A DNA stretch of 64,000 nucleotides from Heterodontus francisci (taxonomy: Eukaryota). Positions 43,101 through 58,100 of this stretch are shown piece after piece. The stretch lies in contig NC_090418.1 in assembly GCF_036365525.1 (NCBI RefSeq), positions 4,999,492-5,063,491 on the forward strand, given 5' to 3'. The notes beneath the pieces are model-generated. The model had not been told where the DNA came from. It saw nothing but the letters and a program-made list of their open reading frames with translations, and did no database searches. Position numbers and translations under genes: made by a program. Position 1 is the first letter of the stretch; every line of letters begins with the position of its first letter.

Positions 43101-46100
43101 CACCCCCTGCTCCTCCCTCCCAGGCACCTGTCACCCCCTGCTCCTCCCTCCCAGGCACCTGTCACCCCCTGCTCCTCCCTCCCAGGCACCTGTCACCCCC
43201 TGCTCCTCCCTCCCAGGCACCTGTCACCCCCTGCTCCTCCCTCCCAGGCACCTGTCACCCCCTGCTCCTCCCTCCCAGGCACCTGTCACCCCCTGCTCCT
43301 CCCTCCCAGGCACCTGTCACCCCCTGCTCCTCCCTCCCAGGCACCTGTCACCCCCTACTGCTCCCTCCCAGGCACCTGGCACCCCCTGCACGTCTCCCCC
43401 TGCTCCTCCCTCCCAGGCACCTGTCACCCCCTGCTCCTCCCTCCCAGGCACCTGTCACCCCCTGCTCCTCCCTCCCAGGCACCTGTCACCACCTGCTCCT
43501 CCCTCCCAGGCACCTGTCACTCCCTGCTGCTCCCTCCCAGGCACCTGTCACCCCCTGCTCCTCCCTCCCAGGCACCTGTCACCACCTGCTCCTCCCTCCC
43601 AGGCACCTGTCACCCCCTGCTCCTCCCTCCCAGGCACCTGTCACCCCCTGCTCCTCCCTCCCAGGCACCTGTCACCCCCTGCTCCTCCCTCCCAGGCACC
43701 TTTCACACCCTGCTCCTCCCTCCCAGGCACCTGTCACCCCCTGCACTTCACTCCCAGGCACCTGTCACCCCCTGCTCCGCCCTCCCAGGCACCTCATTCC
43801 CAAACTTTTAAAAGGAAATTTGATAAATACTTGGAGAGGAAATATTTGCAGTGCACTGGGGAAAGACCAGTGGAGAGAGACGATTGATCCCCTACTATGC
43901 CGTAAGATTCCGTGATTCTGCTCAAATAAATGGTCTTCCTTTCTAACTGATTCCACCAGCCTACGCTGTTTGATTAGATTTAGATTAGAGATACAGCACT
44001 GAAGCAGGCCCTTCGGCCCACCGAGTCTGTGCCGAACGTCAACCACCCATTTATACTAATCCTATACTAATCCCATATTCCTACCACATCCCCACCTGTC
44101 CCTCTATTTCCCTACCACCTACCTATACTAGTGACAATTTATAATGGCCAATTTACCTATCAACCTGCAAGTCTTTGGCATGTGGGAGGAAACCGGAGCA
44201 CCCGGAGAAAACCCACGCAGACACAGGGAGAACTTGCAAACTCCACACAGGCAGTACCCGGAATCGAACCCGGGTCCCTGGAGCTGCGAGGCTGCGGTGC
44301 TAACCACTGCGCCACTGTGCCGCCAAGTTCACTGTGCGAACTTTCTTGCATTAAGAAAGTTCACTTCAGCTTCTCTTCTCTTCCATGTCAATTTCATTTT
44401 TGCAGAGCGCTCTGAGGAATTCCTGGTCTACCGCTGGGTGCACCTGATTGATGGGACGGCATCCGAACCTTTTGTCCTGAAGCTTTTCTCAACCTCCCAG
44501 CCTGAGATCCAGGCACAGTTATCCCCATGCAGCATGGCGGATAATACCGGTAAGAGTTTTCACATCTTTGCATTGTTTGCAATCTTTGTTGAAAGTCTTG
44601 GTCCCATAATTTATTCTGTTGCTTGACATGGTACTAGGAAGGAAGGAGAATTTGCATTTCTATAGTGCCTTTCAGGACTTCAGGATGCCCAAAAATGCTT
44701 TACAACCATGGAAGTACTTTTGAAATGTAGTCACCGGTGTAATGTTGGAAACGTGGCAGCCAATTTGTCCACAGCAAGATCCTACAAACAGCAGTTTAAT
44801 AATGACCACTGAGCCATAGCTACTACCTACTAAGCCATGCAGATCAGGTTTCACTCCACCCCCATTTTTTCAGTGTTAGCTACTCGATGGTGGGTCTCCT
44901 ATCTTCACTGGACACTCTCACCTGCATGCAATCCGATAACAGTCACTGCCTTAGTTCAAACTTGCTAACTGGGAACAAATTGGCAAATGGCAATGGCTAA
45001 TATTTAAAGAACTAATACATAGTTAACAACAAAAATACATTCCTTTAATGCATGAAAACTCAGCAAGGAAAATGTTCCAACAGTGGCTAATGAAAGGATT
45101 GTATTAGATCAAAGGAAGAGGCGTATAAAGTTGCCAAAAAAATGGTAAGCCCAAGGATTGGGAGCATTTTAGAATTCTGCAAAGGAGGACCAAGAAAAAG
45201 ATTAAGAAGGGGAAAATAGAATGAGAGTAAACTAACGAAAAATATAAAAATGGTCTGTAAAAGCTTCTATAGGTATGTAAAAAGCGTTACGACGAGGATG
45301 GAGGAGTGCACTGTCTTTCTCTAGTTCCACTTCTCCACGGGTCACAGCATATGTTTAAATGTTTTACCCAGTTACCGATACTGCCAATTATGTACTTTAT
45401 TCTAGTTTCAGAATAAAAGTCCGCCAACCAGGTTTCTTTACTAAACAACAAAATTATTAATTTATTATAAAACAAGACTCATTCAATAACGATGCAAAGC
45501 TTATTAACGCACAGGTTGAAATATGAAAGTATAAATATATTCCCATCTAAATAACCCAAACACGCACGCACACACTGGTTAAAGGAAAAATAAAGAAGCT
45601 TTATCTGCAGAGATCTACTTTACAAAAAACAAAATAATACTTTGGCCAAGTACTTGTTAATTCTTGAAGAAAAAGAATAAGTTCCAGCTGGTCTGGCGTG
45701 TGGATACACATAAATAGGTGTCGCTAGACAGATGCAGTTGTCACTGGGATCTTTTCAGAAGCAGTTCGTTCAGGAGACGCCAAGAGAAAGTCTTCCAGAA
45801 GCTGCTCAGGAGAAATGCTGTATCGGTTTTCCAGTTCTCACACTGGATTCTCAGGATTTCTCAAAGAGGTGGAACAGGATGAGCTGGTAGCCTCTCTCTC
45901 TGAGCAGGCTTACACCCCAACTGAACTCCAAACAAATAGTTCAAAAATGAAACCAGCTCTTCACCATAAATCTAGACACGTCATTTGTCTGTAAACAACT
46001 CCAATAGTCAGAAAGGCTCCTGCTGTTAACTTAGCTTAAGACATGTGACTTCCAGTCAGTGTTTTTAAACAAAGTCCCAAGTGTCCTTCCAGTGACCCTT

Positions 46101-49100
46101 TTTTAAAAAAAAAGTTCAGCATCTCCTCAAATATTTCCACAGTCTTTAGAACACAAGTCCTCAAAAAATATTAAAAATGAAAACACCTTCATAACAAAAG
46201 GAAAAAATTAGCAAAAACAAATGTGGGTCCATTACAAGCGGAGTCAGGAGAATTTATAATGGGGAATAAGGAAATGGCAGAGAAACTAAATCAGTACTTT
46301 TGTGACTGCCTTTACAGAGGAAAATACTAAAAAACCTCCCAGAAATAATGGAGAATTAAGGGACTAATGTAAACAAGGAATTGCAAGATAATAGTTTTTA
46401 AAAAAAGTACTAGAGAAATTAAAGGGACTTAAAGTAGATCATCCCCAGAGTGTTGAAAGAGGTGGCTGTAGAGATAGTAGATGCATTGGTGGCCATCTTT
46501 CAAAATTCTATAGACCCTGGAACGGTTCCTGCAGATTGGAAGGTGGCAATTGTAACCCCACTATTTCAGAAAGGAGGGAGAGAGTAAATAGGGAACTATA
46601 GACCTGTTAGTCTAACATCAGTCGTAGGGAAGATGCTAGAATCTATAATAAAGGATGTGATAACAGGACACTTAGAAAATAATGATAGGATTGAACGGAG
46701 ACAAATTGGATTTATGAAAGGGAAATCATGTTTAACAAACCTGGTGGAGTTTTTTGAGGATGTAACTAGCAGAATGGATCAGGGGGAGCTGGTGGATATG
46801 GTATATTTACATTTTCAGAAAGCTTTTGATAAGATCCCACACAAGAGGTTAGTAAACAAAATTAGAGCACATGGGAATGGGGGGAATAAACTGGCATGGA
46901 TTGAGAACTGGTTAACGGACAGAAAACAGAGAGTAGGAATAAGTGGGTCATTTTCAGGTTGGCAGGCTGTGATGAGTGGGGTACAGCGAGGATCGGTACT
47001 TGGGCCCCAGCTGTTCACAATATATGTCAATGATTTGGATGTGGGGACCAAATGTACTATTTCCAAGTTTGCAGATGACACAAAACTCGGTGGGAATGTG
47101 AGGTGTGAGGAAGATGCAAAGACGCTTCAAGGGGATTTGGAGAAGCTAAGCGAGTGTGCAAAAATTTGACGGAGGGAAAACAATATGGAGAAATGTGATG
47201 TCACCCACTTTGGTAGGAAAAACAGAAATAGAGTATTCCTTAAATGGTGAGAGGCTGGGAAGTGTTGAACTTCATCGGGACTTGGGTGTCCTTGTTCATG
47301 AGTCACTGAAAGCGAACATGCAGGTGCAGCAAGCGGTTAAGAAGGCAAATGGCCTTTATTACAAGAAGATTTGACTAAAGATGTCTTACTGCAATTATAT
47401 AGAGCCTTGGTGAGACCGCACCTGGAGTATTGTGTGCAGTTTTGGTCTTCTTACCTAAGGAAAGATATACTTGCCATAGAGGGAGTGCAACGAAGGTTCA
47501 CCAAACTAATTCCTGGGATGGAGGGATTGTCCTATGAGAAAAGATTAAATAGACTGGGCCTTTATTCTCTAGTGTTCAGAAGAATGAGAGGTGATGTCAT
47601 TGAGGCATACAAAATTCTTACAGAGCTCGACAGGGTAGATGCAGGAAGGATGTTTCCCCTGGCTGGGTAGTCTAGAACCAGGGAACACAGCCTCAGAATA
47701 AGGGGTAGGCCATTTAGGACTGAGATGAGGAGGAATTTCTTCACTCGGGATGATGAATCTTTGGAATTCTCTACTGCAGAGGGCTGTGGAGGCTCAGTCG
47801 TCGAGTATGTTCAAGACTGAGATCAATAGATTTCTACATATTAAAAACATCAAGGGATACGGGTATAGTGCAGGAAAATGGTGTTGAAGTAGATCAGCCA
47901 TGATCTCATTGAATGGCGGAGTGGGCTCGAAGGGCTGAATGGCCTACTCCTGCTCCTATTTCTTATGTTCTTAGACCAATCCTGGGAACTTTCCAGTAAC
48001 TGTCCTGTTAATTTTAACTAGGTGTCTGAAAGTGTTTATGTAAACCACCATAATGCATCAAATTGAAAGTAATATACATGGATGGTCTTTGTCAATTCCG
48101 ATTGTCTCGTCACCGTACTTTGAAGTGTAATAACTGTTATTGTATAAGCTAATGCAGCAGTAACTGCTGTAAAATGAACAGCTGTGTGGCTCAAGGGAGG
48201 AATATTGGGAGAACCTGGTCTTTTTTTGTATATAACCATGGACTCCTTAACTTCCAGAAAGGCAGATGGGGCCTCGGTTTACCACGATGTGAAAGCGAGC
48301 CTTTGTAGCCTTCAAAGTACAAGCAAGTGTTAAATATGACTCCATCCTATCTACAGATTATTCTATTGTCCGCTACATGCTATGACATATATTAGCAAAC
48401 AGCACAGTATCTAACATGCTGTCAGCAGTGTCACAGGAGATTAGTTAGTATGGTATAAATGTCTTGGGCCTGGCACTTGTCTGTCACACTTCAGACGTCA
48501 CTGCCCACCACGTAACATTTTGTTACGGATGCAGAGCCATTTTAAAGAGAAGGAAAGCCGAGTGGAAGCCTGAAATTTTCAGTAGTTAGAAATGCCTTCT
48601 GATTGACTCCTGCAGATTACAGGTGGCTAAAGTGACTGGGATTTGCCTGTTTAAACCACTTCCCCACAAGGAATACTTGAACAGCATCTTTAAAGAGACA
48701 GGCCAGCTTGTCAGTTGCACATCGCCACCCTGCTCCAGACACAAACAATCCAGGAGCATCACCATGGGAGCTCCTCAACTTCATAGTAAATATGATACAA
48801 AGCTAAATAAAGCAATTCCGAAAAAATAAAAACACGTGCTCTAAAGTGTTTTCCTTTTTTTCATTTAAGTGACCTTTCTTGTGTGTACGAATGTCAGGGT
48901 GGAATGCAAAGTGATCGATCCCTGTGGACAGACAACATTCCCTTACCTGCTCACCACTGAGTACAGCCAGGTATATGTCAATGGTACGTACACAGGTGAG
49001 AGGACTGCTAGGTGGGCACTGTGATGTATATGGTGTTGAGAAACAACAAGGCACAAGTTGAGACTGCGCAAAGGAGAGGCCCTGCTCTCAAGTGATTCAT

Positions 49101-52100
49101 CATGGCTGGAGAGGTGGGGGTGGCATCGTGCCTGATTTGAATAGAGGATGCGAAACTGAATGTGAAGGAGGTGGAAGAAACTACAAAATGTCAACAATCA
49201 ATAGATTTTTGTTGGGTAAACGTATTAAGGGTTATGAACCAAAGTGTGTTGATGGAGTTAAGATACAGATCAGCCATGATGTAATTGAATGGCAGAACAG
49301 GCTGGAGGGGCTGAATGGACGACTCCTGTTCCTGTGTCACTCTCTTGATGTAGGTTTATTCAGTGAGTAGCTGTACCAGAGAAGGTGGTTGAATCTGGAT
49401 TAATTAACACCTTTAAAAGGAAGCCTGATCAGGATAGGTGAGAAGATGACACTTTTTTTCAGGGGAGGGGTTTGAGTTGTGGATTGACAGGTGGAGTGGG
49501 AAGGCCCCATAACAGAATTATTCACAAACTGCTAATGAAGGACGCCTGATACTCTGCAATATCTTTTTTCCTTTAAGATTCTTTCCCTCTTCCCCAGGAG
49601 TTGCAAACTTGTCTCAATGGTGGCATCGCCATGGCAGTCAGATCCCACGTATCAGCCCAGACAGTGAGTACAGCAGGCTGTTCGACTGTTAAAAGCATAC
49701 AAGTCAACCCCAAACCTGTCTTCAGAGGCCTAAATATATCCTGGGGGGCCATAGGACAGCTAGGGAGCTTGTCTCTGGTTTTAGACCAATTGAAATAACA
49801 AGTAGGCAACTGCTGCCTTGATTTGAGATCAGCAAAGAGCACAGAATGGCAAATGAACCTGCGACTTAGTGGGCTGACTACTGCACCAGGCATTACAATA
49901 ATCCACCTAGCAGCAAGGAAACTAAACATGAAGTGTGACCACAATGAGCAGTTCCCTTGGCCTCTGAGCATAGAAGTCATTCACTCCCTTAAAACCTGAC
50001 TTTTGGACTTAATACATTTTTATCTTCCCCTGCCCCCTTTAGGGTATCATCAAGGGAAGCTGTATGTGAAAAACCCAAAGGTGAAAGAGTTTATTCAGTG
50101 GATACAATCTGCCAAGGACCAGGAGAAGAACAGACTGAGCCACACTCAGATTGGTGGATGTTACAGCTTTCCTCCCCTCCCTTCCAGTGAGCGGGATTAT
50201 CAACATGAAATACTAGGTGAGGAATCCGGAACCGTTGACTTGCTTAACATCTGGTGTTTTATTTATTTTATCTTCTGCAGCTTGCCCTAGTCTGCTGCTG
50301 GCTGCCTTGCCTCTGAATCAGAAGGTTGTGGACTCGATCTCCACTGCAGAAACTTGAGCACATAATCCAGGCTACACTCCTACTGAAGGAGTGCTGCACT
50401 GTCGGAGATGCTGTCTTTCGAATGAGACATTAAACTGAGGCCCCCTCTCAGTAAAAGTTCCCACTATTCAGAGAAGAGCAGGGGAGTTCTCCCTGGCGTC
50501 CTAGCCAACATTTATCCCTCAACCAAAATGACTATAAAAACAGATTATCTTGTCAATTATTTTCTGGCTGTTTGAAAGCGCAATATAAATACAATTCCTT
50601 CTTTCCTCCCTCCTTGAGTAAAAAGGAATAATTCATTCCCAACTGACTCTTTTGTCTCTCTGTCAGCTCCTGTTCATGTACAATACAGTACAAAGTGGCA
50701 GGTTGCATCCAAAATTGCCTCAGAGGCAGGAACCAAAGGGTAATGGTCAGTGGATATTTTTGTGACTGGAAGGGTGCTTCCATGGGGGTTTCACAGGGCT
50801 CACTACTGGGTCCTTTGATGTCCATGGTATAGATCAATGGTTCATACTTAAATGGGCATGATTAAGTAGTTTGCAGATGATAAGAAAATTGGCTGTGAAT
50901 TTGATCGTGAGGAAGAAAGCTGTCGACTGCAGGAAGAGATCAGTGGACTGGTCAGGTGGGCAGAAAAGTAGCAAATGATGTTCTGTTGGAGAATTGTGAG
51001 GTAATGCATTTGGGAGGATAAATAAGGCATGTGAATATACAGTTAATGGTAGGATACTGAGAAGTGTACAAAAATAGAGGGACCTTGAAGTACATGCTTT
51101 CAGATCCCTGAAGGTAGCAGGACAGGTAGATAATGTGGTTAAAAAGGATACAGGATACTTAACTTTATTGGCCGAGGCATGGGGTATAAGAGCAGAGAAG
51201 TTATGCTAGAACTGTATGAAACACTACTTAGACTGCAGCTAGAGTACTATGTACAGTTCTGGTCACTGCATTACAGGAAGGATATGATTGTATTAGAGAG
51301 GGTACAGAGGAGATTTACAAGAATGCTGGGAATGGAGAATTTTAGCCAAGAGGAAATATTGGATAGGCTGGCATTGTTTTCTTTGGAACAGAGGAGACTG
51401 TGTTGGAGATTTAATTGAGGTGTATAATATTAGGAGAGGCCTAGATACAGTGGGTAGGAAGGACTTGTTTTCATTAGCAGTGAGGTCAATAACCAGGGGG
51501 CATAGATTGAAAGTAATTGGTAGAAGGAATTAGAGGGGAGTTGAGGAGAAATCTTTTTTCATTCAGAGAGTGGTGGGAGTCTGGAACTCATTGCCTGAAA
51601 GAGTGGTAGAGACATAGCATTTAAAAATTACTTGAATATACACTTGAAGTGCCGTATCCTACAGGACTACAGCTGGAATTACATCTGGGCTAGCTATTTT
51701 TCGGCTTGTACAGACGATGGGCCAAATATCCTGCACCGTAAATGTTTTATGTTTTTACACTGTGTAAAAGGGTTACAATTCACTCTAGTCTGGTGATGTT
51801 TGCTGATATGTGTACTGGCAGTGCCTTCAGGAAAGGAGCAGGGAAATTTGGGAGAGAAGTTTTTTTTAAAAAGCAAAAACATGTTTGTTTCTCAGGTGGA
51901 TCTCCCTTGACCAGCATGTCTGAACTGAAGCAGATTCTGAATCAGCTGGAGTACCGAGAGTATAGGCAGGTCACTGTGCAGGGACGGATCACATCTGTGA
52001 AATACAGGTCACTGGGTGAAGTGGATGAGGTAATGGAGCTGTCTAAATAGTTGTTTGGCAATGGGGTTAGTGGTTACGGGAATGGACTGAGAATGGAAAA

Positions 52101-55100
52101 TTGTACAAAGCCCATAGACTCAAGTGGTGTGGGTGAGGAGAGAAATTGTGTGTGTGTGTGCGCTTTATGTAAAGCGGAAACATTAAGGCAGGAATACCCA
52201 ACGCAAAGACATCTGGTGGTTAACACACTCTCGTCTTTGATTCATAAGGTCTGTGGGTTCCAGTCCCACTGCAGAAACTTGAGCACAAAATCCAGTCTGA
52301 CACTCAGTGCAAGACTGAGGGAGTGCTGCACTGTTGGAAATTAAACCCCGTCTGCCATCTCAGATGGACATAGAAGATCCACAGTACTATTTCGAAGAAG
52401 AGCAGGGGAGTTCTGCCTCATGTCCTGGCCAATATTTATTCCTCAACCAATATCGCTGGAAAACAGTTGTTCTGGTCATTATCACATTGCTGTTTTTGGG
52501 AGCTTGCTGTGCTCAAGTTGGCTGCCGTGCTTCCTACATCATAATAGTGACTTAATTTCAAATGTGCTTAATTGGCTGTAAAGCATTTTGGGACATCCCA
52601 AAGTTATTAAAGGTGCTATATAAATATGATCTATTTTTCTGTTTTATATGAGTACACCAGAACCATAAGATACCCTATTTTACAAGGCGACGAGACTGGC
52701 AATGCCAACTTTGACCAGATCAGAGTCTTGTGCTGGGTAAAGGATGCGCTGACGTAGGCTTTTATGGAGTTGCTTCCTGACGATAGAAAGGAAGTTGCTG
52801 ACACAGATCAGGTTTCTAGCCTATCAGGTAGCCAATTGCTTTTTTTTCCAGGAAGTTCCTGTCTTACAGTCCGCTGATGCCTGTTGCACAGGCGAGCCAG
52901 CGGTTGAAGGAATCATGGAGTTTGAAGAATTGTTTGATGCTGACCTTCCATTCCTGGGCATGAGAGGAAACAAAAGTCCTGTGATCCCTGTCCTGAGGTG
53001 AGATTTATTTGCCTTGTGTGGAGAAGGTAGAATTTTTTTGTTGGATATTTGTATTTGTGAAAGCGAGGTATATTTGTTGACAGGAATAGAAAATTCCTCC
53101 ACTCGGGATCCTCATTGAGCGCTCCTAAGTCAGGTATATCGCTGGTTAAAGAAGTCAGTCACTGAATTACTTTGTGCTAGAGATCTCCTGATTTCCAGTG
53201 AAGGTAATGACCAGCTTTTGGGGTCCAGATTCAATGCTGCATGTTGACACTAAGCTTGGCTTTTAAGCCACTGGGTTGTAGGAGGAAGGGACGTAGCTGA
53301 GGGTGGTCTTGGGGAAGGAATGAGTCAGAGTAGGAGACAGTACAGTGAGTCTTGACCTCAGCAGAAGACCTAGCTTTGGGACAAGGGGTGGAAGGACATG
53401 AATCAAAGCTAGAAGCTTATCTGTGTTGGAGATCTGATTGAATTAATAAACTGGAACTTGTGTTTCACCAGTAGAACTCCTCTGGGAACAGAAGCAGGCT
53501 TGTCGTCACAGAAAAGAAAACGAAAATGCGTAACCCACGGTAAAAAACAGGCTGCATCAAGGTAACAGGAGCTTTCTCTCACCCTGTCTGTTCTACCAAT
53601 CAGCACTGTGCTTCTAACAAATAAATTCCAATTCCTGAGCAAGCTGTCTACTTAATGAGGTGCAGGTGACTCTGGTCCATTCACCCACGGATCCATTCTT
53701 CAGGAATGAGCCAGTTGGGCGTTGGTTGGCTACTTTTGACCACGTTGGTTGGTGGGGGGGAGGGGGGGGGGTCAGTGGGTTTTGGGCATCCAGAATTGTA
53801 CCCGATACTGTCTTTCTCTGCCTCCAAGTGTGAGTACTTTCCATCAGTATTATACTCCAGAAAGCCAGTTGGTGAAGGATAGAACTGGAGCCAATCTTTA
53901 GTTATAGAAGCATTTATTTACAGAGTTACACATTATAAGCATACACCTCCGAACTCAAAACACCACAGTTTCAGTCTCAGTCTATTTATAGGGGCACAAG
54001 TGAATGCCTGCAACAGATCTTAGCACTGGCAGTGGTAAAACAAGGCGCCCTCCCTGCGGGCTTGGGGGGAGGGGTCTTTCCATCCTGGGTAATGTGTGGC
54101 CCACGGAGGACAACTGTACCCCCAGGGTCCCTCTTCTCCTGGACTGAACGCCCAACCCCCTCGACAGGGCTCTCTGGACTGGCCCTGGCGACCCCTCCTC
54201 ACCTACCTCTTTTCCAGGGTTCTATTGCTGGGCCTGGGTCCGAGGCCTCTGCAGTACTGGCAGTGGCTACCGCTCCCAGGATCCCACCTCCTTAAACTTT
54301 GACCTCAAAAGACCAGAATATGGCTCCAGGAGGCTGAAAAAAATGCAGAGCTCTGCCTCCTGCACAAAATCCAACCATGGTGACAGTGCCTTTCGATATT
54401 ATGTCCCTGCACTTTGAAATTGTAGTAAACATTTTTTCTTAATGATATCTCTGTCCTCAAAAACACATTGACAAAGCTGTTTCAAAAAGCATACAGGATC
54501 CTGGGCTGTATAAACAGAGGCACAGAGTACAAAACCAAGGAAGCTGTGCTAACTCTTCATAAATCACTGGCTGGGTTCCAGCTGGAGCATAGTCTCCAAA
54601 TCTGGGCATCACACTTCGTCAAGGCCTTGGAGAGGAGATTTACTAGAATGGTACCAGGGTTGTGGGACTTCAGTTATGTGGAGAGACTGGAGAAGCTGGA
54701 TTGTTCTCCTCAGAGCAGAAAAGGTTGAGGGGAAATTTAATAAAGTTCTTTTTAAAAATGAGGAATTTTGATAGAGTAAGAAAGGAGAAACAGTTTTCAG
54801 TGGCAGGAGGGTCAGTAACCAGAGGGGGGACACAGATTTAAAATAATTTGCAAAAGAGTTGGAGGAGGAGATGACAAATGTTTTTACACAGCGAGTTGTG
54901 ATTTGGAGCACGCTGCCTGAAAGGGCGGTGGAAGCAGATTCAATAATAACTTTCAAAAGGGAATTGGAGAAATACTTAAAATGAAAATATTTGCAGGGCT
55001 ATGGGGAAAGGGCAGGAGGAGTGGGACTAATTGGATAGCTCTTTCAAAGAGCCGGCACAGGCACAATGGGCTGAATGGCCTCTTTCTGTGCTTTATCATT

Positions 55101-58100
55101 CTGCAACTCTGACTGTGACTTCTGGCACCTCACCTAACCTCTCCCCTTTGAAGCATTTAGCATGTGAAAAGCACAATTTCTTTTTTGATCTAGACTCAGT
55201 AAAGGTACAGAATCAAGTGGCGAAGAAGAGACTACGGCACACCATCCGCGAACGCATACAAAGGATATTAACAGTGGTGGAAGTCCTGGACAAGGTTTGA
55301 ATACACAACTGCCTCCTCACAACACTCAGTTGTTATCCTACAACCGTGACTTTGTGGGTAGCACTCTCGCCTCTGAGTCAGAAGGTCTGGGGTTTGAGAC
55401 CTACTCCGGAGACTTGAGCAAAAATCTAGGTTAATACTTTCAGTGTCAGTACTGAGGGAATGCTGTCAGTCAGTCTGTTGTGATGGCAGTAATGGCACAG
55501 TAAATGACCTCAACAATCCCCAGGCTAAGGAGAGTGGAAGATCACTATGCCCTCCGCTCCTGATCTCTATGCAGTGACTCATGCTGGAAAGAACCTCAAA
55601 AGTGATAACTGCGGAGGTCCGAATCGGATTGGGCTGTCACCCCTTCCCCCTATTGTCCTCAACGGCTAAAGACCTGGCTGTGCTCCCCGTCTAGGTTCAC
55701 ACATGTCGCATGGCAACTTGGGTGAGATGCCAGAGGCCAGCCAGTACCTGCCAAACCCCAAGCCAGTGCTTTTATTGTGGCTGGTTAGATTGCTTAACTG
55801 GAACCATCTCAGCTCTGCTATGATCATCTGTGCTGAGTTTGGGCAGGAATTAACCCACCCCTCCGCTATCCCAAAAAGGGATTTGGCAGGTTATTGTTAT
55901 TACTCTTAGTGATATCATCCATTGGCACAAATGCCCCTCCCTCAGGAGCCTGGGTTCTGTATTATTTCCAACCAGATAGTTTGTGAATGACCCAGCAGTC
56001 TGAAACAGTAATCATGGGAAACAAGTAGAGAAACTGGGATTAGTTTGGGATTGATACAGGACTATGGGGAGAAAATGGAACAGTGGGATTAGTTTTGGAT
56101 TGATCTTGCGAAGAGGTGGCAGATACAATGAGCAGAATAACCACATCCTGAGCTCTAAATTTCAATGGTTCTAGTCTTGTGGGTTCAAACTGTATTCAAA
56201 GATTAAGCTAGGCTCAAATACCAATGCAGTACTGAGCAGTGAGATGTTAAATATTGGTGCTGTCCACCTGTTCAAATCGAAAAATTCTATGTAGTAGTTG
56301 AGGAAGAACAGGGACTTTTCCTGGTCCCCTGCTCAGCATTCCTTCCTCAACCAATACTGTTGCTGCATGTTGGATTGTACTGTGCACAAAATGGCTGCTG
56401 CATTCACTTGTACAACAGTGACTGCACTGCTAAAATAAATTTTAAGAACTTGTACATGAAACACTCTGAGATGTGAAATGTGAAGTGGTCTTAATGGAGT
56501 ACAGTCTTTCTTCCTTCTTTAAAGACCTCAGCTTCATCAAGGCTTGCCAAGAGTTCGACACAGACTCAGACGATGTGGAGGCGACAGCTAGTGCAGTGAA
56601 CCCCTGCTCAGCCCAGCCCATCTTCTCCTGGACCGACTGCCCTTCGCAGCTGGAGCACCTCCCTCACCACGGCAACGTCTCGCAGATGGTGGCTCGCAGC
56701 TTCCGCTTCAGAGACAAGGCCTTGCTCCTCCAAACCTTTAGTCTCCAGCCCTCGAGCTTTGCTGGAATCCCGGCTGATCAGAAGAAGGATCTAGAACACT
56801 GCAAACCAGCATGTTGTGCTGGATACTACATCGTGACCATTTTAGGTAAAGCGAGCTTGGGTAACAAGTTCTGGAAAGCTGTTGGGATTTTGCTGCTGTT
56901 ATCAGCACATGTTAGCAGGTTTTGTGGGAGTTCCTGAATCCTAATCAGACTAGTCTGCACAAACAAATTTTTGGATTGATACAGGGCTATGGGGAGAGAG
57001 TGGAGCAGGGGGATTAGTTTGTGATTGATAGAGGCTGTGGGAAGAGAGCAGGGCAGTAGGATTAGTTTGGGACTGATCCTTCAACAGCACCTTCCAAACC
57101 TGTGACCTGTACCACCTAGAAGGACAAGGGCAGCAAATACATGGGGACACCACCACCTGCAAGTTCCCCTCTAAGTCACACACCATCCTGACTTGGAAAT
57201 ATATCGCCGTTCTTTCATCGTCCTTGGTTCAAAATCCTGGAGCTCCCTCCCTAACCGTACTGCGGGGGTACCTACACCACAGGAACTGCAGCAGTTCAAG
57301 GCAGCTCACCACCACCTTCACAAGGGCGGTTGGGCGTAGATGTTAAATTCTGGCCTTGCCAGCGATGCTCACATCTCAAGAATGAATTGAAAAAGCAGGG
57401 TAATAGGGTGAGAGCAGAGCAGTGGAATTAGTATTGGATTGCTCTTGCAAAGAGTTGGCGGATACGATGGACCAAGACCAGAGCCTTGAGCTCTGACCTT
57501 CTATGGTTCTAGTGTTGTGGATTCCAACTTTGGTTCCTCTCATCTCCTGAAGATGCTGCGTATTGCCGGGGTACAATTCCACAGATAGTATGACACAAAA
57601 CTGGGTGGGAGGGTGAGTTATGAGGATGCAGAGAGGCTTCAGGGTGATTTGGACAAGTTGAGTGAGTGGGCTAATGCATGGCAGATGCAGTATAATGTGG
57701 ATAAATGTGAGGGCCTTGGTGAGGCCACACCTGGAATATTGTGTGCAGTTTTGGTCTCCTTATCTGAGGATGTTCTTGCTATAGAGGGAGTGCAGCGAAG
57801 GTTTACCAGACTGATTCCTGGGATAGCAGGACGGACGTATGAGGAGAGATTGAGTTGGTTAGGATTATATTCGCTGGAGTTCAGAAGAGTGAGTGGGGAT
57901 TTCATAGAAACATATAAAATTCTAATAGGACTTGACAGGGTAGATGCAGGAAGGATGTTCCCGATGATGGGTGAGTCCAGAACCAGGGGTCATAGTCTAA
58001 GCATACGGGGTAAACCTTTCAGGACTGAGATGAGGAGAAATTTCTTCACCCAGAGAGTGGTGAGCCTGTGGAATTCGCGACTACAGAAGGCAGTTGAGGC

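Noticed and set aside
53865-54015. Possible tiny solo LTR ending in CAACA
   Set aside because: No clear TG start or TSD could be identified.
55031-55300. ORF frame DSVKVQNQVAKKRLRHTIRERIQ as a RADX-like exon
   Set aside because: Incompatible with the flanking exon phases; the other frame at 55194-55294 fits.
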